Assembly (NCBI GenBank): GCA_017382915.1
Contig: JAFNZJ010000134.1
Location: 1 to 40,051 of the forward strand
Reading direction: 5' to 3'
From: Clostridia bacterium
GTDB lineage: Bacteria; Bacillota; Clostridia; Oscillospirales; Acutalibacteraceae
Length of the DNA stretch: 40,051 nt
In this document: positions 7,867 through 17,070 of the stretch, one piece after another
Layout of the letters: every line of letters starts with the position of its first letter
How positions within the stretch are numbered: position 1 is the stretch's first letter
Translations under genes and position numbers: made by a program
Notes under the pieces: model-generated
Told to the model about the DNA's origin: nothing
Databases searched by the model: none
The model's input: the letters and a program-made list of their open reading frames with translations, nothing else

Positions 7867-9072
7867 TTATCTTACGAAAGCATCGTGAACGGCTTCAACT
7901 GCACGGTCGGCCTTTTCAACATCAATTAAAACTGAAATTTTAATTTCACTGGTTGAAATCATATGAATGTTAATGTTTGCATCATAAAGGGCTTCAAACA
8001 TTTTGGCAGCAACGCCGGGGTGGGTTTGCATACCGGTACCAACAATTGAAACCTTGGCTACTGTTTCATCGTGGGCTACGCTTGAATACTTAAGTGAATC
8101 CTTAAGCTTTTCAACTGCGGCAATAGCATCAGCACACTGGTCCTGTGAAACAGTAAAGGTAATATCCTTAGTGCCGTCACGACCTACCGACTGTAAAATA
8201 ATATCTACATTGATTTTTGCCTGACCTAAGGCATTAAAAAGCTTAAAGGCTGTACCGGGGTGGTCGGTAAGACCAACAACCGATATACGGGATACATTTT
8301 TATCACAAGCGGCACCGCGAACTAACATTTTTTCCATTTTAACTGTCTCCTTTACTATTGTACCGGGTTTAGATTCTAAACTAGAAAGCACTTCTAACTC
8401 AACATTATATTTTTTTGCCATTTCAACCGAACGGCTGTTAAGTACCTGTGCACCAAGGGATGCAAGCTCTAACATTTCATCGTAGGTTATTTCATCAATC
8501 TTAACGGCGTTTTTAACCTTGCGTGGGTCGGCGGTGTAAACACCGTCAACATCGGTGTAGATTTGGCAAAGGTCGGCTTTAAGGCTTGCGGCAATGGCAA
8601 CGGCGCTGGTATCAGAGCCACCACGACCAAGTGTTGTAACATCATCATATTTATTTATGCCCTGGAAGCCCGCAACAACAACTATATTACGGCGTGCAAG
8701 CTCAGCCTTAAGGCGTTCAGATTCAATTCTTTTAATTCTGGCTACGGTGTAGTTGGAGTCGGTTTGAAAGCCTGCCTGCCAGCCAAGAAGTGAAACAACG
8801 GGGTAACCCATCCTTTCAATTGCCATTGCTAAAAGTGAAATTGAAATTTGCTCACCTGCGGAAAGCAGCATATCCATCTCTCTTTTAGATGCGGTGGGGT
8901 TAATCTCCTTAGCCTTTGCTATAAGGTCATCGGTGGTATCACCCTGAGCCGAAACAACAACCACTACATTATTGCCTTTTTTATACTCATCTGTTACAAT
9001 GCGGGCAACATTATTTACCCTTTCGGCATTGGCAACCGAGCTGCCGCCGAACTTTTTGACTATTAGTGCCAT
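7867..9072 (-). CDS. lysC: aspartate kinase (monofunctional, two ACT domains)
   Basis: 401 aa. N-terminal ALIVKKFGGSSV, the GRGGSDT motif and a C-terminal tandem ACT region. Confidence 0.9.
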   Translation of the reverse strand: MALIVKKFGGSSVANAERVNNVARIVTDEYKKGNNVVVVVSAQGDTTDDLIAKAKEINPTASKREMDMLLSAGEQISISLLAMAIERMGYPVVSLLGWQAGFQTDSNYTVARIKRIESERLKAELARRNIVVVAGFQGINKYDDVTTLGRGGSDTSAVAIAASLKADLCQIYTDVDGVYTADPRKVKNAVKIDEITYDEMLELASLGAQVLNSRSVEMAKKYNVELEVLSSLESKPGTIVKETVKMEKMLVRGAACDKNVSRISVVGLTDHPGTAFKLFNALGQAKINVDIILQSVGRDGTKDITFTVSQDQCADAIAAVEKLKDSLKYSSVAHDETVAKVSIVGTGMQTHPGVAAKMFEALYDANINIHMISTSEIKISVLIDVEKADRAVEAVHDAFVR

Positions 9073-9076
9073 AAAA

Positions 9077-9994
9077 TTACTCCTTTGTGCTGTTTACTAT
9101 TTCAACCTTTGCGCCAACAGGGTCGGCTAAAAGTTCTACTACTGTCCAATTAAAAATACCATTTTTCTTCAGTTCAAGCTCAATGTTTTTGGCAAAGGCA
9201 TTGTCTTTTTCATCAATTATTGCCATAACGGTGGAGCCCGCACCGCTTATATACACACCATAGGCGCCCAGCTCATAGGCAACCCTAAAGGCTGTATCTG
9301 CGCCTTTTATAAGCCCCATTCTAAAGGGTTGATGAAGCATATCACTGGTAGCAACCTTTAGGTTTTCCAAACTGCCCGAAAAAAGCGATGCCGTCATAAG
9401 GGCAGAGCGCGAAAGGTTAAAAACTGCATCCTGTCTGGAGACGGTGTTTGGTAAAACCGAACGGGCGTGTGATGTTTTAAGGGTTTCAGAGGGAATTAAA
9501 GCCACAAACTTTGCGTGGTGGTTAACCGGCACACTTACCGAATAAACCTTACCGCTATCAATAGCGCAGGTTACCAAGCCGCCCAAAATTGCAGGGGTTG
9601 TGTTATCGGGGTGACCCTCAATCGCGGCCGAAAGGTTAATAAGCTCATCCCTTTTAAGGGGGTTGCCCAAAAGGGCATTAGCACCCAAAAGACCACCTAT
9701 TAAGCAGGCAGATGAACTACCAAGACCGCGCGCCATTGGTATATTATTTATCTGGCGAATTTTAAGCCCCTTAAAGGGTTTATTTAAAATTTCATAAATC
9801 CTTTTTGCAGAGGAATAAACCATATTGGTTTCATCGGTTGGAATTTCTACCCCGTCAAGTGATGCAATATCTATTCCATCATATTCCTCAATGTAAATTG
9901 TGTTATACATTGTAAGCGCAAGGCCAAGGCTATCAAACCCTGAACCCATATTTGCGCTGGTTGCGGGTACAGTTACTTTAATCAAAAACCGCAC
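9077..9994 (-). CDS. thrB: homoserine kinase
   Basis: 305 aa. GHMP kinase motif PMARGLGSSSA and N-terminal VPATSANMGSGFD. Confidence 0.9.
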   Translation of the reverse strand: MRFLIKVTVPATSANMGSGFDSLGLALTMYNTIYIEEYDGIDIASLDGVEIPTDETNMVYSSAKRIYEILNKPFKGLKIRQINNIPMARGLGSSSACLIGGLLGANALLGNPLKRDELINLSAAIEGHPDNTTPAILGGLVTCAIDSGKVYSVSVPVNHHAKFVALIPSETLKTSHARSVLPNTVSRQDAVFNLSRSALMTASLFSGSLENLKVATSDMLHQPFRMGLIKGADTAFRVAYELGAYGVYISGAGSTVMAIIDEKDNAFAKNIELELKKNGIFNWTVVELLADPVGAKVEIVNSTKE

Positions 9995-9997
9995 CCC

Positions 9998-11236
9998 TTA
10001 GTTTAGTACATGAAGTATTGCGGGATTTTCAAGCTCCTTAACCGATTCAATGGCCAAAGTAAGCTCCTGCTCTACCATAGCGGGGGTAATAAAGGCAACC
10101 TCGCCGTTATCCTCTGCACCTACTATAAACTCTGCCTCATCCAAAACGGCAAAAACTGCGGCTTTGGCGGCAATAACATCATTAACCTTAGCGCGTACAT
10201 AAAGCTTGGTTTTAACGGTTTTTGAATCAACCACATAGTCTTTATCACCATCATCCCAAGAAAGGTACTTCCTTGCCTGAAGGTGCTTAACGCAGTCAAT
10301 AACATCGGCAACAACGGCACTTGCGGTGGGCAGCTTGCCTGCGCCGCGACCGTAGAATAAAACATCGCCTACTGCGTCGCCACGCACCATAACGGCATTA
10401 AATACATCGTCCACACCTGCAAGCTGATTATCGTTTGGTATAAGTGCGGGGTAAACATCTGCCGAAATTTTGCCGTCATCCAAAAGTTTGGAATGACCTA
10501 TAAGCTTAATTACATAACCTGCAATGCCTGCATACATAACATCCGAAAGGGTTATTTTGGTAATACCTTCGGTGCGGACCTGATTTGGGTAAACATGCCT
10601 TCCAAAGCAAAGTGATGCAAGTATACATATTTTACGGCAGGCATCGTGACCGTCAACATCGGCCGAAGGATTACGCTCTGCATAGCCTAACTGTTGGGCA
10701 AGGGCCAACGCATCATCAAATGCCATATTTTCTTTAATCATTTTGGTTAAGATAAAGTTGGTGGTGCCGTTAAGTATGCCAAACACCTCATAAAGGTCAT
10801 TTGCGGCAAGGCACTGTGCAATTGGGCGAAGCACCGGTATACCACCGCCAACGCTTGCCTCAAACAGGAAGTTTACATTCTTTTCCCCTGCTATTTTAAG
10901 CAGCTCAGCGCCGTGTGCGGCAACCAATTCTTTATTTGAGGTGCAGACGCTTTTGCCGGCCTCTAAACAGGCCTTTACATACTCATAAGCGGGGTTAATG
11001 CCACCCATAACCTCAACAACAACCTTAATGCTTTCATCCTTTAAAATAAGGTTAAAATCTTTAATAAAGCGGTCGCTGTAATCAAGACCGGGAAAATCCC
11101 TTAAATCTAAAATGTATTTAACATTTATTTTATTTTTAGCCTTAAGTGCTATGCTTTCTTCGTGGGCAAGTAAAACCTCAACCACGCCCGAGCCCACAAC
11201 ACCGTGGCCCATAACTGCTACATTAACTGTTTGCAT
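9998..11236 (-). CDS. hom: homoserine dehydrogenase (with C-terminal ACT domain)
   Basis: The start is moved to ATG 11236 (GGAGGAATTTTTT precedes it; the track ATG at 11251 lies within that RBS). NAD-binding VAVMGHGVVGSGV and the catalytic-domain motifs are present. Confidence 0.9.
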   Translation of the reverse strand: MQTVNVAVMGHGVVGSGVVEVLLAHEESIALKAKNKINVKYILDLRDFPGLDYSDRFIKDFNLILKDESIKVVVEVMGGINPAYEYVKACLEAGKSVCTSNKELVAAHGAELLKIAGEKNVNFLFEASVGGGIPVLRPIAQCLAANDLYEVFGILNGTTNFILTKMIKENMAFDDALALAQQLGYAERNPSADVDGHDACRKICILASLCFGRHVYPNQVRTEGITKITLSDVMYAGIAGYVIKLIGHSKLLDDGKISADVYPALIPNDNQLAGVDDVFNAVMVRGDAVGDVLFYGRGAGKLPTASAVVADVIDCVKHLQARKYLSWDDGDKDYVVDSKTVKTKLYVRAKVNDVIAAKAAVFAVLDEAEFIVGAEDNGEVAFITPAMVEQELTLAIESVKELENPAILHVLN

Positions 11237-11254
11237 AAAAAATTCCTCCACAAA

Positions 11255-11680
11255 CTATACCTCGCCCAAAACCTGCTCAAGGGTTATTACCCCATCAATT
11301 GAAAGCAGTTTTTTAAGTACGGCCGAAACATCGCTACCTTTTTCTTCCCTATACGATACGGTAACCTGTGCAACACCGCCCGAAGGCATACCTTGATTTA
11401 TTGTTAAAATATTGGCCTTCATTGAATGAAGGGTTGAAATAAAATCAGATAGTACACCCGCTTTGTCTTCCAAAACGGCCGAAAGATTTACAACATTACC
11501 CTGTGCGCGCTCCTTATATGCGAAAACAAAGTCGCGGTACTTATAAAATGCACTGCGCGAAATGCCACACATTTTTGCCGCTTCGGTTGCGCTTTTTGCC
11601 TTTTTTTGGGCAATCAGGCGCTTGGCCTCCACAACCTTTTCAAAAACCTCCGGTAGTACATCTGCCTTAACCAGCAACAT
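11255..11680 (-). CDS. UPF0735 (PheB-like) ACT domain protein with N-terminal HTH-like segment
   Basis: LLVKADVLPEVFEKVVEAKRL......SATEAAKMCGISRSAFYKYRD matches the UPF0735 family, followed by an ACT fold. I prefer the start at 11680 because the predicted promoter (-10 at 11737-11742) lies inside the longer track ORF. Confidence 0.75.
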   Translation of the reverse strand: MLLVKADVLPEVFEKVVEAKRLIAQKKAKSATEAAKMCGISRSAFYKYRDFVFAYKERAQGNVVNLSAVLEDKAGVLSDFISTLHSMKANILTINQGMPSGGVAQVTVSYREEKGSDVSAVLKKLLSIDGVITLEQVLGEV

Positions 11681-11736
11681 ATCATTTTCCAATTTAATGT
11701 CCACCACCCAAGCACAAATGTTTTTGGATATGAACA

Positions 11737-11765
11737 AATATAACATATTTTTTATCTAAAATCAA
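11737..11765 (-). promoter_or_regulatory. sigma-A-type promoter of the ACT-hom-thrB-lysC operon
   Basis: On the minus strand: TTGATT (11765-11760), 17-nt spacer ending in TGT, TATATT (11742-11737). Confidence 0.6.
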
Positions 11766-11960
11766 TAGCAGTTAGAAAGAAATTTTTGCTTTTTTTAAGG
11801 AATAAATGTGCAATTTTACGAAAATATAGAAAATATCATTAAATGGATGCTTTTTTTAGAGTTTTACATAGGTTTATTGGTTGGCTTTTTGCAGTTTGGC
11901 ATATAATAAAAATCTTCTTCATACTATTAAATAGGTATTATTAAAAAGGAGAGATAACCG

Positions 11961-13481
11961 ATGGATTTTAAGATTACAAACTACAGTGTAACCTCTGAAC
12001 AGCTTTGTTTAGAGCAAACTGCCGAGCTGCCAATAGATACCGATTTTACCGTGCCTGATTATTCGGGTGAGATATGCAAAATAATAAAGTGTGATGTTAA
12101 AAGCTTTGCATCATCCAAGCATCTAAGCGGCAACACACTTTCGGTTGAGGGCGATGCAGTGCTAACCGTAATTTATGCCGATAAAGATTCAAATATTTTT
12201 TCTGCCGTGCAGGAAATACCCTTTAAAAAGATATTTGAAACGGGCAAAAATTTAGATGGCGGTTTTTGTGATGTAAGCTTTGAGGGGGTAATTCACGCCT
12301 GCCGTGCCGTTACCGAGCGCAGAATTAGTATTAAGGCATCGGTAAGGGTTAACGCAAAGGTAACAGTTAATGAAAAAACCGAAATTATTACCGATGTTGA
12401 TGATAGCTGCTTTGAAACCTTTTGCGGTCAGGCCGACATTACCACCCCGCTTAGCACGGTACAAAAGCTAATTATTATTGATGAGGAGCTTACTTTACCC
12501 CAAAACTCCCCCGCCGCCGCAAGGGTAATCAGAACCGATTCTTCGGCCACCGTTACCGACTGTAAAATAATTGTTGGCAAGGTTATAGTAAAGGGCGATT
12601 TAAAGGTGGATGTGCTTTACTGTACGGGTGAAAACACCCTTCAAAAAGAGTGCTTTAACATACCCTTTAATCAGATTTTAGATATGCCTGAAATCAATGA
12701 AAACTGTGAGTGTGAAGCAAAGGTTACGGTTTGTGGCAAAAGCATTACTCCCCGCACCAATAATGAGGGGCTTTGCAACACCTTTATGCTTATTGCCAAA
12801 CTTGAATTAACGGCAAATGCCAGGTGCAGCTCCACCGTGCCGGTTATATATGACCTTTATTCAACCAAATTTAAAACCGATGTTACCCTTAATGAAGTAA
12901 AGTTCACTAAAATTGTAAAACAGGTAAATGAAACTTTTTTATGCAAAAAGGCCCTTACCCTACCTGAAATGGATAGCGAGGTTTTAGACCTGTGGTGTAA
13001 TATAAGCAGTGTTATGGCAAAATGCGAAAGTGATAAAATCACCCTGTTTGGCAGCCTTACCGCCTGCATACTGTACAAAAATGCCGACAATGACACAGGC
13101 GTTTTTGAAAAGGTTATTGATTTTGAATTTCCAATAGAGCTTGATAGCAATTTAAAAATGCCTGTTTGCAAGCCTGAAATTAAGGTGATTGCCTGCAGTC
13201 ATACTGCGGCGGGCGGCAACACCGAGCTTATGGTTGAGCTTAAAATTTGCGCCGCGGTGTATGATACCTGCTCACATTCACTTATAACCGATATATTGGT
13301 GGATGAAAATGAAAGTATACTTGCCAAATCTGCGCTTGTTGCCTATTTTGCAGATAAGGGTGAAAATGTTTGGGAAATTTGCAAAAGCTTTTCCGCCAAA
13401 AAGGCTGAGCTTATGGAAATAAACCACCTTACCGAAGATATACTTCAAAGCCCAAAAATGCTTATTGTACCGCTAATGTAA
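11961..13481 (+). CDS. DUF3794 repeat protein with C-terminal LysM-like domain (SipL-like sporulation protein)
   Basis: 506 aa. N-terminal L..E..L.IDTDF.VPDY..EI.KII and repeated beta-rich modules are typical of DUF3794. The C-terminal LVAYFADKGENVWEICKSFSAKKAELMEINHL...MLIVP fits the LysM pattern. Confidence 0.6.
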   Translation: MDFKITNYSVTSEQLCLEQTAELPIDTDFTVPDYSGEICKIIKCDVKSFASSKHLSGNTLSVEGDAVLTVIYADKDSNIFSAVQEIPFKKIFETGKNLDGGFCDVSFEGVIHACRAVTERRISIKASVRVNAKVTVNEKTEIITDVDDSCFETFCGQADITTPLSTVQKLIIIDEELTLPQNSPAAARVIRTDSSATVTDCKIIVGKVIVKGDLKVDVLYCTGENTLQKECFNIPFNQILDMPEINENCECEAKVTVCGKSITPRTNNEGLCNTFMLIAKLELTANARCSSTVPVIYDLYSTKFKTDVTLNEVKFTKIVKQVNETFLCKKALTLPEMDSEVLDLWCNISSVMAKCESDKITLFGSLTACILYKNADNDTGVFEKVIDFEFPIELDSNLKMPVCKPEIKVIACSHTAAGGNTELMVELKICAAVYDTCSHSLITDILVDENESILAKSALVAYFADKGENVWEICKSFSAKKAELMEINHLTEDILQSPKMLIVPLM

Positions 13482-13482
13482 C

Positions 13483-13520
13483 AAAAAATGCGTCTTACTT
13501 TTTAGTAAGACGCATTTTTT
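13483..13520. terminator. bidirectional intrinsic terminator
   Basis: AAAAAATGCGTCTTACT-TTTT-AGTAAGACGCATTTTTT is a perfect 17-bp stem including A/T tracts on both sides. It overlaps the stop codon of the minus-strand MGMT gene. Confidence 0.8.
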
Positions 13521-13833
13521 ATATACTGTAAATTGATAAATCAATACTGCCGTCGGGTCTGAAGATAATGCCCTCCGCCTCTAAAAGCTTGCGCTGGGCA
13601 TCACCGCCGCCAAAGGCAAAGGATTCAGCAATTTTGCCCTCACGGTTTACCACTCTGTGGCAGGGTATTACACCCGGGGCGGGGTTAACATGCAGTGCAT
13701 ATCCCACTACCCTTGCCCAACGGGGATTGCCCGCCAAGGCGGCAACGGTGCCATAGGTGGCAACCTTGCCTTTAGGTATTGATTTTACCGTTTCATATAT
13801 TTTTTTAAAAACTTCACCCTGCAACAATATCAC
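13519..13833 (-). CDS. MGMT-family methylated-DNA--protein-cysteine methyltransferase (C-terminal/DNA-binding domain only)
   Basis: 104 aa. IPKGKVATYG..A, active-site IPCHRVV and the size match the short Ogt/MGMT-domain proteins. Confidence 0.8.
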   Translation of the reverse strand: MILLQGEVFKKIYETVKSIPKGKVATYGTVAALAGNPRWARVVGYALHVNPAPGVIPCHRVVNREGKIAESFAFGGGDAQRKLLEAEGIIFRPDGSIDLSIYSI

Positions 13834-13861
13834 CCTTTATAGTTTAACCAAATAACTTATA

Positions 13862-15364
13862 TTATTCGGTTATATTACTTTTGGTACGCATAATGGCATT
13901 TTGCCAATTTTCATAAAGGGTATTAACCTCTGCCAAGGGCATAACGGGATTAAAGCTTTTATAACCGTTTTGCTCCACCATTTTGGCAATTTCATTGGTA
14001 TCTGCCCAAAAGCCTACGGCAAGACCCGCAAGGCAGGCCGCACCAAACGCAGTGGCTTCGGTTATGGGTGGGCGCCTAACCTCAATACGAAGTAAATCAG
14101 ACTGAAACTGCATCATAAAATCACTTACCGATGCACCTCCATCCACCCTGATGCCTGTTATTGGGCAGGAAAATTCCTTTTCCATAGCGCGGACCAAGTC
14201 GGTTACCTGATATGCAATTCCCTCTAAAACGGCACGACAAATATGTGCTTTGCCGGTGCCCCTTGTAAGACCTGTTAAGGTGCCCCTTGCGTACATATCC
14301 CAGTGGGGTGCACCAAGCCCCGTAAAGGCAGATACAAAGTAAACGCCGCCGTTATCGGGCAAAGATTCAGCTAGTTTATCACACTCACTTGGTTTTGAAA
14401 TAATGCCAAGCTCATCCCTTAACCATTTTATTGATGAGCCTGCATTAAAAACACTACCCTCTGCAGCATAAATGGTTTTGGCACCAATTTGCCAGCCTAT
14501 TGTAGTAATTAGGTTTTTAGAAAGTACAGGCTTGTCACCTATATTCATAAGCGTAAAGCAACCCGTACCATAGGTATTTTTGGCATCGCCCGCATTAAAG
14601 CAGCATTGACCAAAAAGTGATGCCTGTTGGTCGCCAACTGCGCTACAAATTGGTATGCCGTGAAATTCGGGTAAAAGGTCGGTTGATATTTCACCATAAA
14701 CCTCACTGGAGGATACGACCTTTGGCAGCATAGCAATGGGCACTGTAAGGGTTTCACACAGTTTTTCAGAATAGGTGCAGGTGTTAATGTCAAAAAGCAT
14801 AGTGCGTGATGCGTTTGAAACATCGGTAATGTGGCATTTGCCGCCCGTTAAATTCCAAATAAGCCAGCTATCAACGGTACCTGCTAAAAGCTCACCTGCC
14901 TCGGCCCTTTGGCGGGCACCCGGAACATTATCTAATATCCATTTAATTTTAGTACCGCTGAAATATGCATCAATAGGAAGCCCTGTTATATTGCGTATGT
15001 AATCTGCAAGGCCGCGTTCTTTTAAATTCTCACAGTACTCTGCGGTGCGTCGGCACTGCCACACAATAGCGTTAAAAACGGGTTTGCCTGTAAATTTATC
15101 CCAAACTATAACCGTTTCACGCTGATTGGTTATGCCTACTGCCGCAATTTCACTTGGGCTGACCCCCGCCTTTTCCACCGTCTTTTTTACCGATGTAATT
15201 TGGCTTTCAAGTATATCCATGGGGTCCTGCTCCACCCAACCGGGGGTGGGAAATATTTGTCTGAAATCCTGTCCCGCGGTGGATACAATTTCTCCCGCGC
15301 GGGAGAATAAAATTGCGCGGGAGCTGGTTGTGCCTTGGTCTAACGATAAAATATATTTTTTCAT
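13862..15364 (-). CDS. glpK: glycerol kinase
   Basis: MKKYILSLDQGTTSSR N-terminus (ATG 15364; the track start 15376 is a TTG). FGGY kinase motifs occur throughout. Confidence 0.92.
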   Translation of the reverse strand: MKKYILSLDQGTTSSRAILFSRAGEIVSTAGQDFRQIFPTPGWVEQDPMDILESQITSVKKTVEKAGVSPSEIAAVGITNQRETVIVWDKFTGKPVFNAIVWQCRRTAEYCENLKERGLADYIRNITGLPIDAYFSGTKIKWILDNVPGARQRAEAGELLAGTVDSWLIWNLTGGKCHITDVSNASRTMLFDINTCTYSEKLCETLTVPIAMLPKVVSSSEVYGEISTDLLPEFHGIPICSAVGDQQASLFGQCCFNAGDAKNTYGTGCFTLMNIGDKPVLSKNLITTIGWQIGAKTIYAAEGSVFNAGSSIKWLRDELGIISKPSECDKLAESLPDNGGVYFVSAFTGLGAPHWDMYARGTLTGLTRGTGKAHICRAVLEGIAYQVTDLVRAMEKEFSCPITGIRVDGGASVSDFMMQFQSDLLRIEVRRPPITEATAFGAACLAGLAVGFWADTNEIAKMVEQNGYKSFNPVMPLAEVNTLYENWQNAIMRTKSNITE

Positions 15365-15369
15365 AGCGT

Positions 15370-17013
15370 TTACCAATCTAAATCTTCTTCACTGCTGGTT
15401 TGTTCCTGTAAGATGTTGGTATTATAGTAAACTGTAATACGCTCATCAGGGCTTACCTTTTCACCCATTGCAGGTGCGGTTTCAATAACAACCTGCTCTT
15501 TGGTTTGGGTATCACCCATTTTTTCCATAAATTCAATATTATTATATTCAAAGCCAAGCTTTAAAAGTTCAATTAAAGCCTGGTCCTTGGTCATACCCGA
15601 AAGGCTTTTTGGAATTTTAACCTCTGCATTACCAAGACTTACTGTAAGCTGTACCTTTGTGCCCTTTTTGGTAACGGTGCCGATTTGCACCGACTGAGCG
15701 CAAATTTTACCGCGTTCAATTTTGCTGTTATATTCCTTTTTAACAACCTCAAACTCATACCAATCGCCGTATTCATCAATAAGCTCGGGCAGGGTTTTGC
15801 CTGAAAAATCAGGTGTCGACTGTTGCTTTTCGGGGGTTGATGAAGCATCAATGGTGTGGTAAGACTCAACGCTATTGGTTGGAAGCGATGGTGCTGATGA
15901 AACATCCTCATCACTGCCACTAAAGAATGAAAAATAAACAATAATGCCTATAATTGCCAGCAAAACTGCGGTAGCAAGTGCGGCAAAAAGGGTGTACTTT
16001 TTATTGCTACCCTTTGTGGCTTGTGCCTTTTTAGGCTTGCCGCTACCATCGTTAACATATGACTCTGCCGCCTGAAGGTCGTTTTTAAACTCTGCCATTG
16101 TGGGAGTGCGGTCGGTCGCTTCAACCTGAAGGGCATTAGCCATGGCAACCAACACACTGCGGGGCATTTTTTCTGCAATGGAGCGCGGAAAACTTAAATT
16201 GTCACTTTCAAGGCGAAGCTTTGAATCGGGTGGGGTGTTGCCTGTAAGGGTGCGGAACATAGTAGCCGCAAAACCGTAAATATCGGTAGCAGGGGTAATA
16301 TCTTCGCCCCTATACTGCTCAACAGCGGCAAAACCGGGGTAAAGCTGTGAGGTCATTTGACTGCGGGCATTGCGTGCGGCAGGAATTAAAAAATCTGCAA
16401 TACGCACCTTACCGTCACGACCGACAAAAAGGGTGTCAACCGAAATGCCACCGTGAACAATGCCGTTTTCGTGCAAGGTTTTAAGTGAATTCATAAGGGG
16501 TAAAAACAAGGGCCTAACCTGGTCCCAGGTAAGCAAACCGCCGTTACGAATTAAAAATTCCTTAAGGCTGATGCCGGGCTGATACTCGGTAATAGCGTAG
16601 GCTGTTTTATTAACCTCAAAAATATCAATAACGCGGTAAAGTGCCGAAACATTGGCAAGGGCACCTAGTTTTTTATTAAGCTCAATAAACCTGATAATAC
16701 CTTCATTATAAACATAGGCGGTGTCCCCCTTTATTTCAACACTGCCATCGGCATTTCTGCCGCAAAGACCTGCAGGAAAATATTCTGCAATCTTTACAAC
16801 CGATTCGGTAACGGTATCAAAGCCGATATAGTTAAAGCCTTCACCAGTAACACTGACTGCCTTACCCACCGCATAACGGCCTGCAAGCAGGGTGCGAAGT
16901 GGTAAAGCGCCCGCTTCATTATATGTATTGCTATCAAAACCGCAAACCGAGCATACCTGCTCATTACCGGTTTCACTCATACATCCCATACACAGATTGC
17001 TTAAGTTTTGCAC
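15370..17013 (-). CDS. membrane protein with N-terminal 4-Cys zinc ribbon, Ser/Thr-kinase-like domain with degenerate catalytic motifs, TM helix and two PASTA domains
   Basis: GTG start with AAGGA 8 nt upstream. CMGC...CSVC ribbon. The kinase fold is recognisable (LHENGIVHGGISVDTLFVGRDGKVRIADF..), but HRD is replaced by HGG, the catalytic-loop K/N are changed and DFG reads DFL. A TM helix lies at about residues 340-365, followed by two PASTA-like repeats. Confidence 0.7.
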   Translation of the reverse strand: MQNLSNLCMGCMSETGNEQVCSVCGFDSNTYNEAGALPLRTLLAGRYAVGKAVSVTGEGFNYIGFDTVTESVVKIAEYFPAGLCGRNADGSVEIKGDTAYVYNEGIIRFIELNKKLGALANVSALYRVIDIFEVNKTAYAITEYQPGISLKEFLIRNGGLLTWDQVRPLFLPLMNSLKTLHENGIVHGGISVDTLFVGRDGKVRIADFLIPAARNARSQMTSQLYPGFAAVEQYRGEDITPATDIYGFAATMFRTLTGNTPPDSKLRLESDNLSFPRSIAEKMPRSVLVAMANALQVEATDRTPTMAEFKNDLQAAESYVNDGSGKPKKAQATKGSNKKYTLFAALATAVLLAIIGIIVYFSFFSGSDEDVSSAPSLPTNSVESYHTIDASSTPEKQQSTPDFSGKTLPELIDEYGDWYEFEVVKKEYNSKIERGKICAQSVQIGTVTKKGTKVQLTVSLGNAEVKIPKSLSGMTKDQALIELLKLGFEYNNIEFMEKMGDTQTKEQVVIETAPAMGEKVSPDERITVYYNTNILQEQTSSEEDLDW

Positions 17014-17070
17014 TTAAATCATCCTTTCAGTTTTTGTATTGCAATTTTTTATATAAAAGCCTTTAGCTTT

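Noticed and set aside
11681-11746. Longer N-terminal extension of the ACT-domain ORF (track start 11746)
   Set aside because: The predicted -10 and -35 of the operon promoter fall inside this extension. The extension (MLYLFISKNICAWVVDIKLEND) is not part of the UPF0735 family N-terminus.
11879-11890. 12-mer GGTTGGCTTTTT, identical to the right terminal repeat of the element at 7841-7852
   Set aside because: The flanking sequence shows no further similarity to the element (no module, no 9-mer repeats). This is probably a chance match of a T-rich word, and I cannot test it further without the genome.
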